This document shows positions 10,100 through 24,205 of a stretch of DNA of 64,000 nucleotides, in pieces; positions within the stretch are counted from its first letter, which is position 1; each line of letters starts with the position of its first letter. Under the pieces are notes generated by a model. The model was not told the origin of the DNA and searched no databases. It saw only the letters and a list, made by a program, of their open reading frames with translations. The stretch is taken from positions 16,740,001 through 16,804,000 of the forward strand of contig JBHGNT010000011.1 in assembly GCA_043228905.1 (NCBI GenBank). Reading direction: 5' to 3'. Made by a program: the position numbers and the translations under genes. Origin of the DNA: Azolla caroliniana. Lineage: Eukaryota > Plantae > Polypodiophyta.

Positions 10100-11620
10100 T
10101 AAACTTATTATTATGAAATAATGTCAACTAGTAAAACATTCTATTGTTGTTTTGTGGACTTCAAGTAAGCTTTTGATATTGTCTCAAGGAGTGAGTAAGC
10201 TTTTGCAAAAGAATGATTGAGATCGGAATGCAATTAGTTTATAGAAACGGTTGTCGCACGATTGTATGAGCAAGTTAGGTGGCAATTGGAAATGGATAAT
10301 GGTCTTCTCACAATATACTTTTTTCTTACATTGTACCATTGGAAATGGATTGGATGGTCAAAAACTCATACATGAGCTTATTTTTAAAGCCCTATATGTC
10401 AGTGATGTTGTTTTATTATCATATATTTTGGATGATATGCAACACTTACTTGATGTATTGGAGATATTCTCTCCAATCGGCGGTTTAACTACTAATGTGG
10501 ACAAAACAAAAATGATAGCAGTAAAGACAATACCCCATTTTTACATACAAGGTGAGAATAAATACAAGTGGTGCAAAGTTTTAAATATCTTCCTATTAAT
10601 GTCCCATCGACAAATAAGTGGAATGTATGTTATGAGTATAGAGTTCAAGCATGTTGGAATTGTTATTATATGTTTGAGATTCCATGCAACCAAAGTGATA
10701 CTCGAGATGGGAAGTGAAATCGATGCTATTCAAAATGCTATGGTGGTCCAAGTGTTGCTTTATAGAGTGGGGTGACATTATCTCTACTTAGTTCATGGAA
10801 TGAAATACAAAAAATCCAAATATTGTTCTTACATAGACATTGGGGGTAAAATCCTCAACATCCTATCTTGTAATGCTATTAGAAACAAGTGGTTGGCCTA
10901 TTCAGGTACTAGGAATGCAAAGAATATACAATTACATCATAAATTTCAAGAATATGCTTTACTATGGATTGCCAAAACAATCTTGCAATATATGATGCAA
11001 GGTAAAAAAAAACTAATAAGGACAAAATCCTCTTATTCCTGGGTTCTTGACATTATGAAATGGCTTAAGAGATGGGTAGTAAAAAGATCTATTGGAGCTC
11101 TCAAGTGATGTTATAAAGTACGTCATCATCGAGGATAATTAGATTATTGTAGCCTTTAAGGATGATGTGGTGAGATACTAAAATACCAGAATTGGAAATT
11201 TGGCCCCAATGTAAAATACCCCCATGAGCGATGGCTTTGAAAGAGCCTTAACACTTCTTCAAACTCCCTCACACAAATTAGGTGTTGAGATAGCGTCACC
11301 TAATATGAAAATATCCAAAGTACAATGAAAACCTAGAGGAGGATGAATTCACTTACTTATCGCATGCTTGCCGTATAAGGTAATTTGTGAGAAATATGAT
11401 GACTTATTAGATGGGCAAGATTATGTAAGTTTCGTACTCAAATGTCCACCAAGGATATATGTGTGCATTATTTTAGCATAGAGAGTTTTTATAACAAAGT
11501 ATTAACCCCCATTCTTAGGAAGGAGTCACATACAAGATGATATGTTGATTCAGGAGGTCAAATTTGGCCTCCTCATGCATGATAAAACCTATATCCTATT
11601 CTATTTTAGTCTAGTCTATT
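10100..11620 (+). mobile_element. Degenerate LINE, RT domain to 3' end
   Basis: YCCFVDFK*AFDIVSR and LYVSDVVLLS...GLTTNVDKTKMI RT motifs. Ends in an AGGAGGTCAAATTTGGCCTCCT stem-loop and a CTATT-like tail. Confidence 0.7.
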
Positions 11621-14426
11621 CCATGACTTATTGCCGCTTACGTCTTTGCATGCCCCAATTGTGATATCTTCCTAATGTGTTGGAGATCGCGAGGTGCATT
11701 ATGCAAATTGGCAGTTACGTTAAGATATCCCATAACATGCTCTCTCTTAACTAATCCACAATGCATTGGCTATGTCCCAAGTAGACAAACAAATATGAAC
11801 AAAGGAATATTTTATAAGAGAGTTTTGACAAGGTGGAGTGGTTTTACTCTACACCGAAGTATTTATTTAAGTCAACAATTAGAATTTAACATGGGGGTAA
11901 TTACCTGTATGTACATACTTGATGTACAATCTTGGGGCACTTCTTAATACTAATGTAATATCTTTCTTTGGAAAAAAATGATATGAAAGTGTTTGTGGAC
12001 CAATGGAGTATTCTACCAACTACCAAATGTTACATTACAAGACTCATGGAACAAATCAAGAGTTGAATGCTAATGCATGTATGTTGGAACTTTAAAAATA
12101 TGTATTTCTTAATTCATTTGAATATACGAGGACTTACTGAGATCAATCATAACAAGCTTTGGGTCAAGAGATCCATGGATATCACAAGAATGGTTTTAAG
12201 GTCATCAATTATTGTAAGGAAATTTGAAATGAAATCAGAACAAGGTTGTTGCCTTCCCTCGTAGTGCTTATTCTTCTTGACGAATATAAGGATGTCAACC
12301 ACACCACGTTTACATGCATAAGAATCAATACAAAGTGCAATCATTTTTTGTGTGTGAGTGTGTGAAAGGGAGAGGTACGCATGTACCATGATCAACACAT
12401 GAGAGGACAAAAGAGGCACTAGAGAATACCACGACTAGGTGTAAGGAGACTTTCTCAGGTAAGTGAACCCCCCCCCCCCCCCGGCTGAGAGTTTAATGAT
12501 GATCTGGTTTAATCCGATTTCTACGTTACGAGGAGAGTTTGAAAGCCTTCAAGGGCCCTCAGACGCAAGTGAAGAAGCTAGAACTCGATTCCTTCTAAAA
12601 TGGAGCGGCTCTTCGATGCTACAAATGGTGGATGGCAAAGTGAGGTGGAATTATCAACCACCATGGTAGTTGTTCGCTCCGAGTGTGTCTAACATATAGA
12701 TGGGTGCTACCATGAGAAGAGAGTGGAGGATGGCTATGTTAAATTTGGGTTTTATGAGGCTCACGTGGAGGGTATGTTGTCGAGCAATGCTATGCTCATC
12801 GAATAATGTGGTGTTTTGGAGTTTTATTGTTGTTTCCTTTACACATGTTGTTTTCTTTTCGACATGCAAGTTGGCCTGTAAGATATGAGTTGTATATTAT
12901 CCTATGTACATTGCCTTAACTAATGGAAGTAGTTTTTTTTTTTAATACCACGACTAGGACCTAAGAGTTACCAAGGCCTAGATATCCTTGTCAAGGCACA
13001 GGAAGACATAAGGTGTGCAAGAGATAACATACAAGAGAATATATAGGTACCAACGGAGGCACAAACTACGGTTAAGACACCTTCCTTTGTATCTAATGAT
13101 GAGCATAATCTAGCAAACCTTACTTATGAACACATGTGAAATGGAACAATCTTAATATGTAACTAAATGGAGGTGGTTACATTTGTATCTTGTTTGGAAT
13201 GAAATGATCAATTGGTCCATAAACCCTATGTTTTCATGGATAGCCCAATTGCCAATATGCGTAAAGCTTGTAACTATCTTTTCTCCTCCAAGTAATATTA
13301 TATCAATTTATAAACATTGTTGGAATGGAAACTGCATTATTTAAGTTTTAAACGGCAAAACTACTTTTTGTGCTTTCAAGTAAAGTTAGACCAACTGTTT
13401 CATGTGTTTTCCAATAGAATTATGAGCTTTTGTAGCCATTGAACATAGCCAACTTGGCAAATTCCACTTTTTTTATGCATAATGCCATTGTTTTGATTTC
13501 CCTCCAAAATTTTATATTCTTTTTTAGATAATATGGATTTGCTCACAACCCATGATCCACAAATTTTGTATGATAATCTTTACTTGCCAACAAAATCATA
13601 CCTCTTGAGATACATGTATCATGTGTGTACTTGCACTATTTTACTCAAGTTTTATGAGCACTCTATCAAGTTTATCTACATGAAATCTAGAGTTTCACAA
13701 GTAAACCTTGCAAATTAACATGCAGTCATTTGTGGATTAACTACAAGTCAATCTCTAACATGATTTATAAAGACAATAGTTACATGTCGAGCCTAATTGT
13801 GTACAAAAGTTGATGGGCCAAGATAGTTCAAATTAACACCAAAAGTTGCCAATTCCTTGTAAATCTACTGCAAACCTGTGAAGATATTTAAGATGGGACA
13901 TAAGTTCACACAGCAGCTCAAATAAACCCCGCAGTAAACACACAATGAATTGATCACATAAAATAGAACACTCGAACCATAAAAACAATGGATCAAAAGG
14001 ATTTCAAATGCATGCCATTGAGACGATAAACAACAATTGATGATGCAAATCATGCCATTGAGATAATAAGCAATGATTGATGATGCCAACATAAAAATCA
14101 TAATGTGATGAAATAGCTTTTAATTGGATCTCCCATTTTCTAACCAAGGATAATATCCATTTGTCCACTGATCAACAGTTGGGGGTGGGGATCTACCTAA
14201 CAACTAGAGAGGCTCTTTCCATGAAGTAAACTTGATCACTGCAGAATCTCGCTCTCTTTGCAATGCCATACAAAGTTTCAGGTTTATAAAGTGGGGAAGG
14301 AATGGGATCTTTCACTAATAAAATCATTGTACAACATTTGCTACAAATTTCATTGTTGCGGACCAGCCACCTTTAGTCTCTGTTTTGCTATCTACAAAAC
14401 CAGTACTACAGTCATTTTTCCATAGA

Positions 14427-17400
14427 TCAAGCTTCAGTGTCTGCATTCTCATTACATTCAATGTCATCCATAACACCATCACCACCACCATCATCATCAG
14501 TATCTTTCTCAGTTGAAACATGAGCATTGTCTTTGCCACCATTGTTCTCAATATCACTGCCATCATTCTCACCTTTATTACGTTCTTCAATTTGATCACC
14601 CTCACTTCCACCATCATCGTTGCCTCCTTCACCTTCACTAACTTCCTGTATAATTCTACCATCCTCACATTCACCATCGTTCTCTTTCTCCATATTTCCA
14701 TTATCCTCATTCTCGCTGTCTTCATCACTGCCTTCTGCCAACACGGCTATCTCAGCCTGTATTAGAGCTTTGACATGTGCCTTATTGCTGAAAACTTCAA
14801 GCCCAAATTTTTTACCTGCAAAGAGAATATTAGATTTTTTCCATGTTTAAGGTATGGTTTTTAACAGAGGATCAACTTATCAAGGTGGAATAACATACCA
14901 AGCTGCTTCAGAATGTCAGAAAATGTCACCTACAAGGCCATCAAAGCCTCCGTTAGGACATAAACAGCATTGAAAACATACAAAGCTCTAGAAAGACTGC
15001 TTATAATTCATACCTTAGTAAAGTCTGCATTCTTCAGAAGTTCCCGTATCACCACTTGCAATTCCTCATCACTGGGTTCAGCCTCCACATTTGGTACCTT
15101 ACCTGATGGAAGGAGATTATATCATCAATTAGATCATTACATTTTCAAACTATCAAATAGGGAAATATGGGAAATACCCCATTATTCACTATCTGCCAAG
15201 AAAAGGCTCATAAAGCTAAATAATAAACAACAGTTCGCCATGATTGGCTTTTGAAGTCGCATCCCTTTTTTTGGATGCAACTTTCATTGTACCTTCATCA
15301 TCATTTGGGTGCTTTAACTTCCTTGTAGAGCTCTTAGCAGAATTCCTTCTCTTTTTGGAACCTTTAGATTCAATATCATAATCATCATCCTCACTGTTAT
15401 CTTCAGACTCGACATCTGCTTCTATATTATCCTTGTTATCAGTACTACTATCAGCATCCACTTCTTCATCCGAACTATTATTATCACTTTCTGCTTTAGA
15501 GTCCTTCTTTTGTCTCTGTACACAATCATTTTTCCCACAACAATATGAATACATACTTTGATCAAAGTAAGTCCTCTTGGATAATGGGAAGATAAAGACG
15601 TACTTTTTGTGGAGTTTTTCGTGATGTTTTCTTCTTTTCTTTTGCAAGCTTTCTCTTAATCTTCTTCATCTTGGAGTCCTAAGAGATAAGCCAATTCAAT
15701 AAGTCAAAAACAGCTCCTTTATATCTTCAGACTGTTTCTTATTAGAAAAATATAGGTTAAGCAAACCTTGACTTTCTCTTCGATAAGCTTGTCAGTTGTC
15801 TGGTGAGGAGACTCTAAAAAATCTAGCAGTTTGACAACCGCATCCTCCTGAGAAATCAAACAACGGTGTCATAAACTGTTCATATGGAAAAGTGAAGACA
15901 ATTTACAAAGCACCTCACCTTCTTGCTTGACTTGGAAATATTCATATCTAAAAGTTCACTCATTTGTATAAGGTTTTCTTTCACACACTTCTCTAGCTTT
16001 TCCTTGACCTTCGCCTTCTCCTTTTCCTAAATAACATTATCAAAGGGGTGTATCTTCTGATTAGGAGAATAAACCCAAAGTTATATGATGGAATTTGCAA
16101 TACTAAACCCTCTACATACCTCATTTGCACACCACACATAGCCAGAAAATTGCAGAATGTTGCCTTTCGCAACATGAGACTGCAAAAAAAAGTGAGCTGT
16201 GACCACAGTGTAGACATATAAAAACTAAAATTCACAATGTACATGACTGAGAGATAAGCAATTGATCACATCATATAATGATAGCAGTTACAAAATCTAT
16301 GTTTATAATCACTTAATTTAAGAATGATATCCAGCTGCAGTATGCAATTTCCCTATATGAAAACACAACAGAAGCACATTGCACTATCATACCTTCAGAC
16401 ATCACACTATTATAAGATTTATAAGATCCCACTAACAAAATGTATGTTATGATTGATGAGCAAGTATATTAAGTGTGAATAACTACTACTTGTCACGCTA
16501 GAAAGTTGGTAAAAGCAATTGCATCTCCAACACAGAGATTTCAATGCTTTTGTAACAAAAATTCTAGATGTGAATAACTACTGCTTATCAGGCAATAAAG
16601 TTGATAAAACCAACTGCACCCCTAAAACAATGATTTTGATGTTTCTGTAACAAAAATTCCAACTATTACATGTCAGGCAAGAAAATTGGTAAAACCAATT
16701 GCATCCCTAATACAGAGATTCAATGCTTTTGTAACAAATATTCTAGCTCCTTTCACATCTCAGTTCAGAATCAATCAGTGAATCATGCGAAAAAAATAGT
16801 ATACCTTCGCGGGTTTTGCAAACAGAACCCTGTGAAGTAACTGCACGACTTCATCGCTTCCCTTCCGCTTCGAAAGTTTATACACCACTGCGAGATGGCA
16901 AGAAACTCTTGTAGTGTGCACAAGGATAGAAACTATACTTAAAAAGTAGAGAAGTAATGCCACAAATCTCATATATTAATAAAAAGATGGGCATTCTCAC
17001 AACAATTGAAGGGATTCATAGGTGTGTTCTTACAGCAATAACATCTTACCATTAGGGATATCCTTAAGGGGTGTACCAGAACCCTGCAGAAAACATGGGA
17101 AAATGTGGAATTTTAGCCGAAATAAAATGAATCCTACAGCTCTCCATCTTCTCTATATACCTCAAATTAATAGGAATACATTATGCATCGTGTAACTTTG
17201 ATGAAGTGACCTATATTACATACTGAAATGAAACCTACATATACCTTTGAGAGATAGAATACCATCACATAATTAGGATCCATGTCTTTAATAAATAACC
17301 TATTACATACTGAAGTGAAACCTACATATACCTTTGAGAGATAAATGTTCCGCGCATACCTTCTCTATCTTAAATTCTTTGACTTCCTTCTCTGCAGAAG

Positions 17401-17569
17401 CAACAAAACGGTCAACGGATCTGCGCTCTCTGGAAGGCCTGTCGAGTGTGGGGGTGGACGGCTCTTTCCGTTGCCGTTTCCTCCCGTTCCTAGAAGCCAT
17501 TTCGGTTGCCCCTTCATCGAGACCCATCTCCATCTCCATCGCCTGTATCACAACGCCGTTCTCTTCCAT
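14427..17569 (-). CDS. DEK: DEK domain-containing chromatin protein (11 coding exons)
   Basis: Exons 17569-17360, 17083-17050, 16887-16805, 16179-16120, 16026-15919, 15847-15767, 15678-15604, 15515-~15293 (or ~15239), 15102-15014, 14929-14899, 14815-14427. Motifs RPSRERRSVDRF, GSGTPLKDIPNV, NILQFSGYVW, and DEK_C (PSDEELQVVIRELLKNADFTKVTFSDILKQLGKKF). Confidence 0.92.
16470..16746. repeat. Three ~90-bp degenerate tandem repeats in DEK intron 3
   Basis: The GCTTTTGTAACAAAAATTCTAG-type motif recurs at about 16546, 16640 and 16725. Confidence 0.7.
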
Positions 17570-18071
17570 ATTTCCTCGCACCCCTACACGGAGCTCCTTC
17601 TTAAAGTAGCGCGCCGGCAATTGAACAGAAATTCGTAGCAGGAGGGAACAAAAAAAGAAAAAAGAAAAAAAAAGAGCGGGGGAGGTCAGGAGAGAGGAAG
17701 ATTTCTTTTCCTTTTTCTTTTTCTTCTGCGTTTTCTTTCTTCCGTCTGCGTAATCTCGTTCTTCTGTCGAAATTCTCTGCGTTATCTGCTTCTTCTTCTT
17801 CTTTGTATTCTTTCTGCTTTCTGCTGTCGGCGTTGCTCGCTCGCTCGCTCTGCCCTGTCTTCTTCTTCCTCTCTCTCTCTCTGTGTTTTCCCTCTCTTTT
17901 TGTTTCGCTCTCTCTGAAAACAAAAATGCTTCCTTCCCTCCGTATGTCTATCTACATATACGTACAATATATGTATACATATAATATACGTAGACGTACG
18001 AACGTACGTATTATGTATATGTATTCATATGCATACGTACAATAGGGTTAGGGTATGCATGTGTTTACATG

Positions 18072-19355
18072 TGTTGAGCTGACAACCTCGATTGGATCCG
18101 GATGAGCAAAATAAGCCAGAGCCGGATTGGTAACCGGAACGGAGAACCGGATAGGTATCAAGATCGGTACCCGGAACTAGAAGCCTGATCGGAGAGACAG
18201 ATCAGATTGTAACCAGTATACCCTAAGAGGCGTACAATGCGCCTAATACGAAGGCATATCCCTCGAAGTTAGTGTCATTCGCTCATATGAGCATTGAAGT
18301 ACTTGTCTATATTTCTGTCAGTCCTTTTATGGACTTGTATAAAAAGTGTTTTGTAGGACATTTGTATTTAAAGAGTGTAACTATTTTGAATAGAGTTTAT
18401 GTTATTATGCTCTTTCTGTCTCTCCCGTGTACTCTGTATTCTTAAGCTCCCATTAAACCTTCATTCTTGTTTTACTGTTGTTATCTGGTTGAGCCAGTTT
18501 ATCTTAGCTTCCGCATATTAACTTTTACATGGTATCAGAGCGCGAGGGTTGAGAATCCTCTATTGCCAATGAGTGACACTCACAAACAAACCCTAAAACC
18601 CAATAAAGAACAAGAAGGAAGATATGGAGAGAAGCACGACGAGCTCGCTTCCAACAAAAAAGCTCGATCGGAGCAACTATGCGTCTTGGTCGTATAAAAT
18701 GTACCAGTACTTGTTGGGGCATGGATACTAGAGCTACGTGGAAGGAGCAAATGAAGGAGCGCCGGATTCAACACACAAGGACTTCCCGGCATGGGAGCAA
18801 GGAGTGAGCAAAGTGTTGTATTGTCTCACGTGTTGTGTGCATGACCAGATGCTTGGCTACATTAGGGATGCAAAAACGTCAAAAGAGGCCTGGGAAAATC
18901 TCTAGAATAATTTCGTCACAAGTACCATAGCTCAAAAGTTATAGCTCCGACAAGAGTTGAATAGTATATGGCAACAGGACATGTCGGTCACTTACTACAC
19001 CAACATGATAGGGAGATCTGCAACGCACTCAGTTCCATCAATGTGACAGTGGACGAAGGCGAGATGGTCCATATTTGCCTTGGTGGTCTAGCACAACGGT
19101 ACGAACCAATCCGAACGGCAATTTGCACCTGGGAGAAACCATTGTCCTTCTTTGACCTACAATCTAAGAAAACCACGTGAGTGGGTCGAGGACCACTCAA
19201 TCAAACAACTAAATGTTGTAGACCAATCAAACAACTAAATGTTGTAGACGGAGGTGGATCAGCCCCATGGGCGTGGAGGACGAGGTGGGTCAGCACGCAA
19301 TAGTGGCGATCGGTAGGAGCAAAACCGAAGACACGAAGATAGTGCCAACAACAAT
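18072..19355 (+). mobile_element. Truncated Ty1/Copia LTR retrotransposon: 5' LTR, PBS and decayed gag
   Basis: TG...CA LTR at about 18072-18529, tRNA-iMet PBS TGGTATCAGAGC at 18530-18541, gag KLDRSNYASWSYKM...DAKTSKEAWENL...LRQELN. Confidence 0.85.
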
Positions 19356-19359
19356 TCCT

Positions 19360-19600
19360 GTCATGATGACACTAACATACAATTTGGGTTTACAAGGAAT
19401 CGAACCCACAACCTTGTTATATTTGTGTCGAGTTCTTAACCATTGTAATGATATATTTATATGTAAAGAATTTATAAACTATATAGAATATCATAAAGTA
19501 TTCTAGAGTACTCTATGTTCTAGAATGTTCAAGAATATTCGAGAGTGCTCTATTATCTAGAACATTCTAGAATATTCTAGCATAATCTTTATTCTAAGAT
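19360..19600. mobile_element. Probable LTR fragment with TTCTAGAA-type repeats
   Basis: Clustered TTCTAGA/GAATATTC palindromic repeats, between the Copia gag break and the LINE 3' break. Confidence 0.4.
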
Positions 19601-19603
19601 TTT

Positions 19604-22600
19604 CTATGCTTCTTGCCATGATATAACCAAGTGTTGAACACATGTAGAGCACGAAATCCTAAGTGAAATACATCCATTCAGTAATTGCCACCATGAAGCC
19701 TTAATCGTTGTCCTCCCATGTGTTAAACCCTTGTTCTCTACGAAATATTGAACAATAGATATCCATGGTTGTGAGTTTGAACACATGTCTTGTAATAATG
19801 AAAATCTACGAGCCATCATATGCTTGGATAAGTTCAATATTCCAGTTCCCCCAAGCGCTTAAGGGTTGCCAGATGATTCCACACAACCCAAGTGCTTCCC
19901 ATCTTATCCCTCTTCTTCCACAACAAATATCGAAGAGGTTGCAAAATAGAATGCAAAGCCTTCTTTGTCCATGGCAACAATGGCAAGTAATATAATATCA
20001 TGGGTTCCATAATACATTGCACAACCTTTAAGCGTACATGAAATGGCCAAGATTGTGACTTCCAATACATGAACTTATCCCTCAACTTATTAGACATCCA
20101 TTCAATCAATTGACCATTTGTAACATTCGTTCCTAATGGATAACCCAAGTGTCGAAAAATAGAGCCTTTCTTCACCACGGATCCTTGCCATCCTAAACAT
20201 TCCAAATCCCTTTTAGTACATGATATGAGACTAGACTTCCTCCAATTAATATGTAATCCGGAAGCCAATGCAAATTGGTTCCATACAATTATTGATGAGT
20301 GTTTCGAGCATAAGCCATGGTCATTTGCACATTCAACACATTATGCAATATATTCCTATTTGCAATAAAACCATATTGGGCGGGATGTATCAACTTTGGC
20401 AAATACTTTTGTAATCTATTTGCCAAGACCTTTGTAAATATCTTATACAACCCCCCCATCAAAGAAATAGGTCTCCATTGATGAAATGACTCAGGAGATG
20501 CCATCTTTGGAACTAATTTAATTAGACCAACCTTCCAAGCTTGAGGCATACGACTAGAATCCCAAGAATGTTGAAACATCAAAGTTAAGGGCCCCTTTAA
20601 AATGTTCGAATACCGCTTAAAAACTTCATTTGTGAAGTCATCCCAACCAGGGCTCTTACCACTAGGACGATGCATTAAAACTTTGTCCACCTCATCCTCA
20701 GTGAAATCCGAATCCAATTCATGACTAATGAGGTCATGCACAATACATCCAACCACATCATAAAACTCATGACGTGCTCTACTCACCTCATTTGTCATTA
20801 ACAATTGTGGGCTAGCAATCAACTCCTTAAAGAAATGAACACATATGTCAATTATTGTAGTAGGATCCTCTATCCATTAATCCCCTTTATTCACATGTAC
20901 CACATTAAATCGAGCATAAGTAGGATGTAACGCTTGGAAAAACAAATGAGATTGACATTGATTATCTATGAGCCCATCCCTCAGTTGTCGCATCTTCACA
21001 TAACGATAACTTTGGCATTGCAACTGAGAAATAATAACATGCAATTGACTTTGGATATCCAAAAGCTCCTCATCTAATGGTGCATGTATCAATAATGCAT
21101 TACACCTGGAGAGAACTTGTGAGAATTTTCGAAGAAGACCTCTTATTCGTTGAGCATTAGTTACTCCATACATACGATGAATGATCTTAATGTTTCGTAA
21201 CGTGATATCCCATGCTTTAACTCCTTTAAGATTCACTTTTTGTGAAAAATTTACCAAAATTTGCTCCATGAGAGAATCAAAGTGAGGTTGAAGCAAAAGA
21301 GAAGAGTTAAAGTGTAATGGAGGCTTTCCAAGTAAGGATTTATACATGTCAATTGCATGATTACAAATCTCCAAACAAATAGGAAAGTGATATGAAGTTC
21401 CTACATCTTGTAGAACTTTCATACAAAGTGATGTTGTTAAAAAAGAATCATTGTGCATCACATGCATTCTATCTAACCGACTCCATGTTTGTCTATGTTG
21501 AGCGGATTGGAAAGTAAAACTTGGATCATTCCCATGCAACCATGTCCAAACATCCAACTTCAAAACCTCCATAGCCAATGAATCCCAAGCAAGTTGCTCA
21601 GGATCATCCATGATTAAATGTTCAGACGTAGATTGAGATGCATCAACACACATGTTAAAATCACCCATAAGTAATCCTGGACGACCCACACATAGGGTGT
21701 GAAGGAGTGAGCCCCATAATGCAATATGTTGAGTGGCTTGGTTAGGAGCATAAATCCTAACCACCCACACAACCTCGCCAAAAAAGTGATTTCTAGAACC
21801 AAAGCCGACCATATGGAACATTATGCACCACTTGAGGATAATATTTATCCCGCATGATTAATACCACACATAAATAATGATTATTAATATGTCCTGGATA
21901 GAATGATGAATATCCACGTAAATGAATTGTGGATCCTGCTAACTAATGACACTTATGCTCAACTGCATATAATACATCCCATTCTTTACTTAACAAAGTT
22001 TCCCATAATATATACTTCTTATGAGGAGAACATGTCCCTCTCACATTCCATGTTACCACTTTCATTCAATCAACAATGTTATGGGTGCACTTGCTCCTTT
22101 AGAGCAACCGATGTCATGAAACTAGTCAAAGCATGCTCCAAAGCTGCATATGGATTTTCATGCACTACATCCTTAGGGTTGTCTATCAAAATCTTTTGTT
22201 TAGGTTCTCTCATTTGATGAAAACCTCGAGAATTCGATGAATTTACAACCCGTCCCAATGAATCAAATTGAAGATGAAGGGGCCATCCCTTATCCCTAAA
22301 TTGTCTTTGCCAAGGAACTTTTCGAGGAGCCTCCCTAGTTCCTGAATTTCCTTTCCAAGTAGTATCACGAGTAGTGGGCCAATTATTACGTTTCATATTC
22401 ATTGATTTCCCCTTTGACTTGCCCTTAACCTGATGCCAATCCTTTTCAACAACAACATCACTACTAGTTCTATCCAACGGTTTTTCCCCCTTATCTATAA
22501 CCACCAAACTTTGTTTTTCCATATCCATAGATTGAGTTCCCTTATTCTTAGGGTCCAAACCTTGAACTGAACCCTCTTTATAACCTGCTCTAGATGATGT

Positions 22601-23800
22601 TCCTTTATTCATAACAACCACAGTATCTGACCCACCAACATCTCTCCCAACTCCTTCCTTACCATTCCCTTCATTAGGAACCTCTATAGTTGAAGGACAA
22701 CTATGATGGCATTCTACCATAAAGTGACCCCATTCACCACATCCAAAACAAAGACCTGCAAATGTCTCCCACTTCAATTTTAAACAAAGTCTTTTCATAC
22801 CAAGTGTGTTCATACGCACCCATCTTGGCCTCTTACGACTTGTATCCCATAACACACAAAATTTGCACTTATTTGTAGCATTTGCATGTGGAGATACCAA
22901 CACTTTACCCATTTGACTCATCAACTTTGGTAAAAGTGGCCATAAAAAAGCATGCTTACAATGGCATTCTTGTTTTAACAAAGCATGATAGTCCACAGTG
23001 GGGGATCACTGCATTACATGCACCAACCGTTTATCAAAAAACGTAGGAACTTTAGCCAACAATGCACTTCGATGTTCCGGTGAACGAAAGACTACATCAT
23101 AAAATCCTCGTGGTCTTGCATATATATTTTGAACACAATTTGGTGACACAATTGTGTTCAACCATTGTTTAATCCAATTAATGTATGGGAGTTTCTCGGT
23201 AAAAACTAATATAACCGCACGATCATAGAATACATCAAAAGATTGCAACACTGCCTTAGCATCAACTTCTACATCATGCACATCTTCATCAATGCATTCT
23301 TTTGCTTCATTTTCATTTTCTTCCACAATATCAGACAACAAGGTATTAGCAATTCCCCATAATTTATCCCAATTACAATGATCCTTGTCAACCTCATCTA
23401 CATGTATTACTTTCGCATATGTCAATTTTTTCTCATTAATTTCTTCAATACGCTTAAACCTCTTAGAGCTTCCAATGTCTTCCCTTTCACAATTACATTC
23501 AATCATCACATTACTCTTTTTTGGATCAATTGTTTCCATATCGATGTCCCCCACAATTTGTGAGGAATTCATGTTTATATCTATTATTCTTGAGGTGATA
23601 TCGATCCGAGATAAAAACAATTTTCCATGAACAAGAGATACAACCAGAACTCACTCGATTGAAGAGGTCGAAGATGATGAAGGCAATAGAAGATCTGCAA
23701 TGTGTGTTAAGTATGTGGATGCCGAAACCACAAGATTCCTTATTTCTATCGTTGTTTCTTGTACAGACCACCAAATTTAACTTGCTATACCTCGTTACGA
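19604..23800 (-). mobile_element. L1-clade LINE: ORF1 (CCHC knuckle), APE endonuclease and partial RT; decayed, 3'-truncated
   Basis: ORF1 23620-22079 with CFGCGEWGHFMVEC; endonuclease IYAPN, MGDFN, WSRLDR; RT GKSPGWDDFT, WRPISL, QYGFI, then GLHINWRKS and FRHLGYPLG. Confidence 0.92.
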
Positions 23801-24205
23801 AGCTCTAATCGAGGGCTTTCTAACGCTGCCGATAGAGAGCGTAGCAACAAAAACAAATTCGGTTCTTCTTCTTCCCCTCTCCACTCTTGCTTTCTCTCTC
23901 TCTCTCTCTCTCTCACTCTCTCTCACACACACACTCACTCACTCACTCACTCACTCACTCACTGCAGTCCACTGAGTGAAATGTGAAAGAAAGCTAGGGT
24001 TTCTCTGTTCTGCTGCCTAGGGTTTGGCAAGGTAAGTCTCTTCTGTCTCTGTAACCTCTCCTCTTTTCCTGTCTATCCCTTTCCTTTTTTTTAGGGTTTG
24101 TATCTACACGCAGGTTGTTCTTTTGAGCTGTCTTATTCTCGGAACATAGAAGAAGAAGAAGGATTTCTTCTGCTCTGTTCTGTCCTCCGTGCAAATAATA
24201 AAGAT

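Noticed and set aside
11675-13720. Short ORFs as host genes
   Set aside because: No splice-consistent model or motif; probably old repeat debris.
17570-17923. N-terminal extension of DEK in ORF 17303-17923
   Set aside because: Low-complexity GA-rich 5' leader with a non-ATG start; the plausible start is ATG 17569.
19396-19415. tRNA gene (B-box-like GGTTCGATTCC on the minus strand)
   Set aside because: No full cloverleaf can be formed; at most a SINE or LTR remnant.
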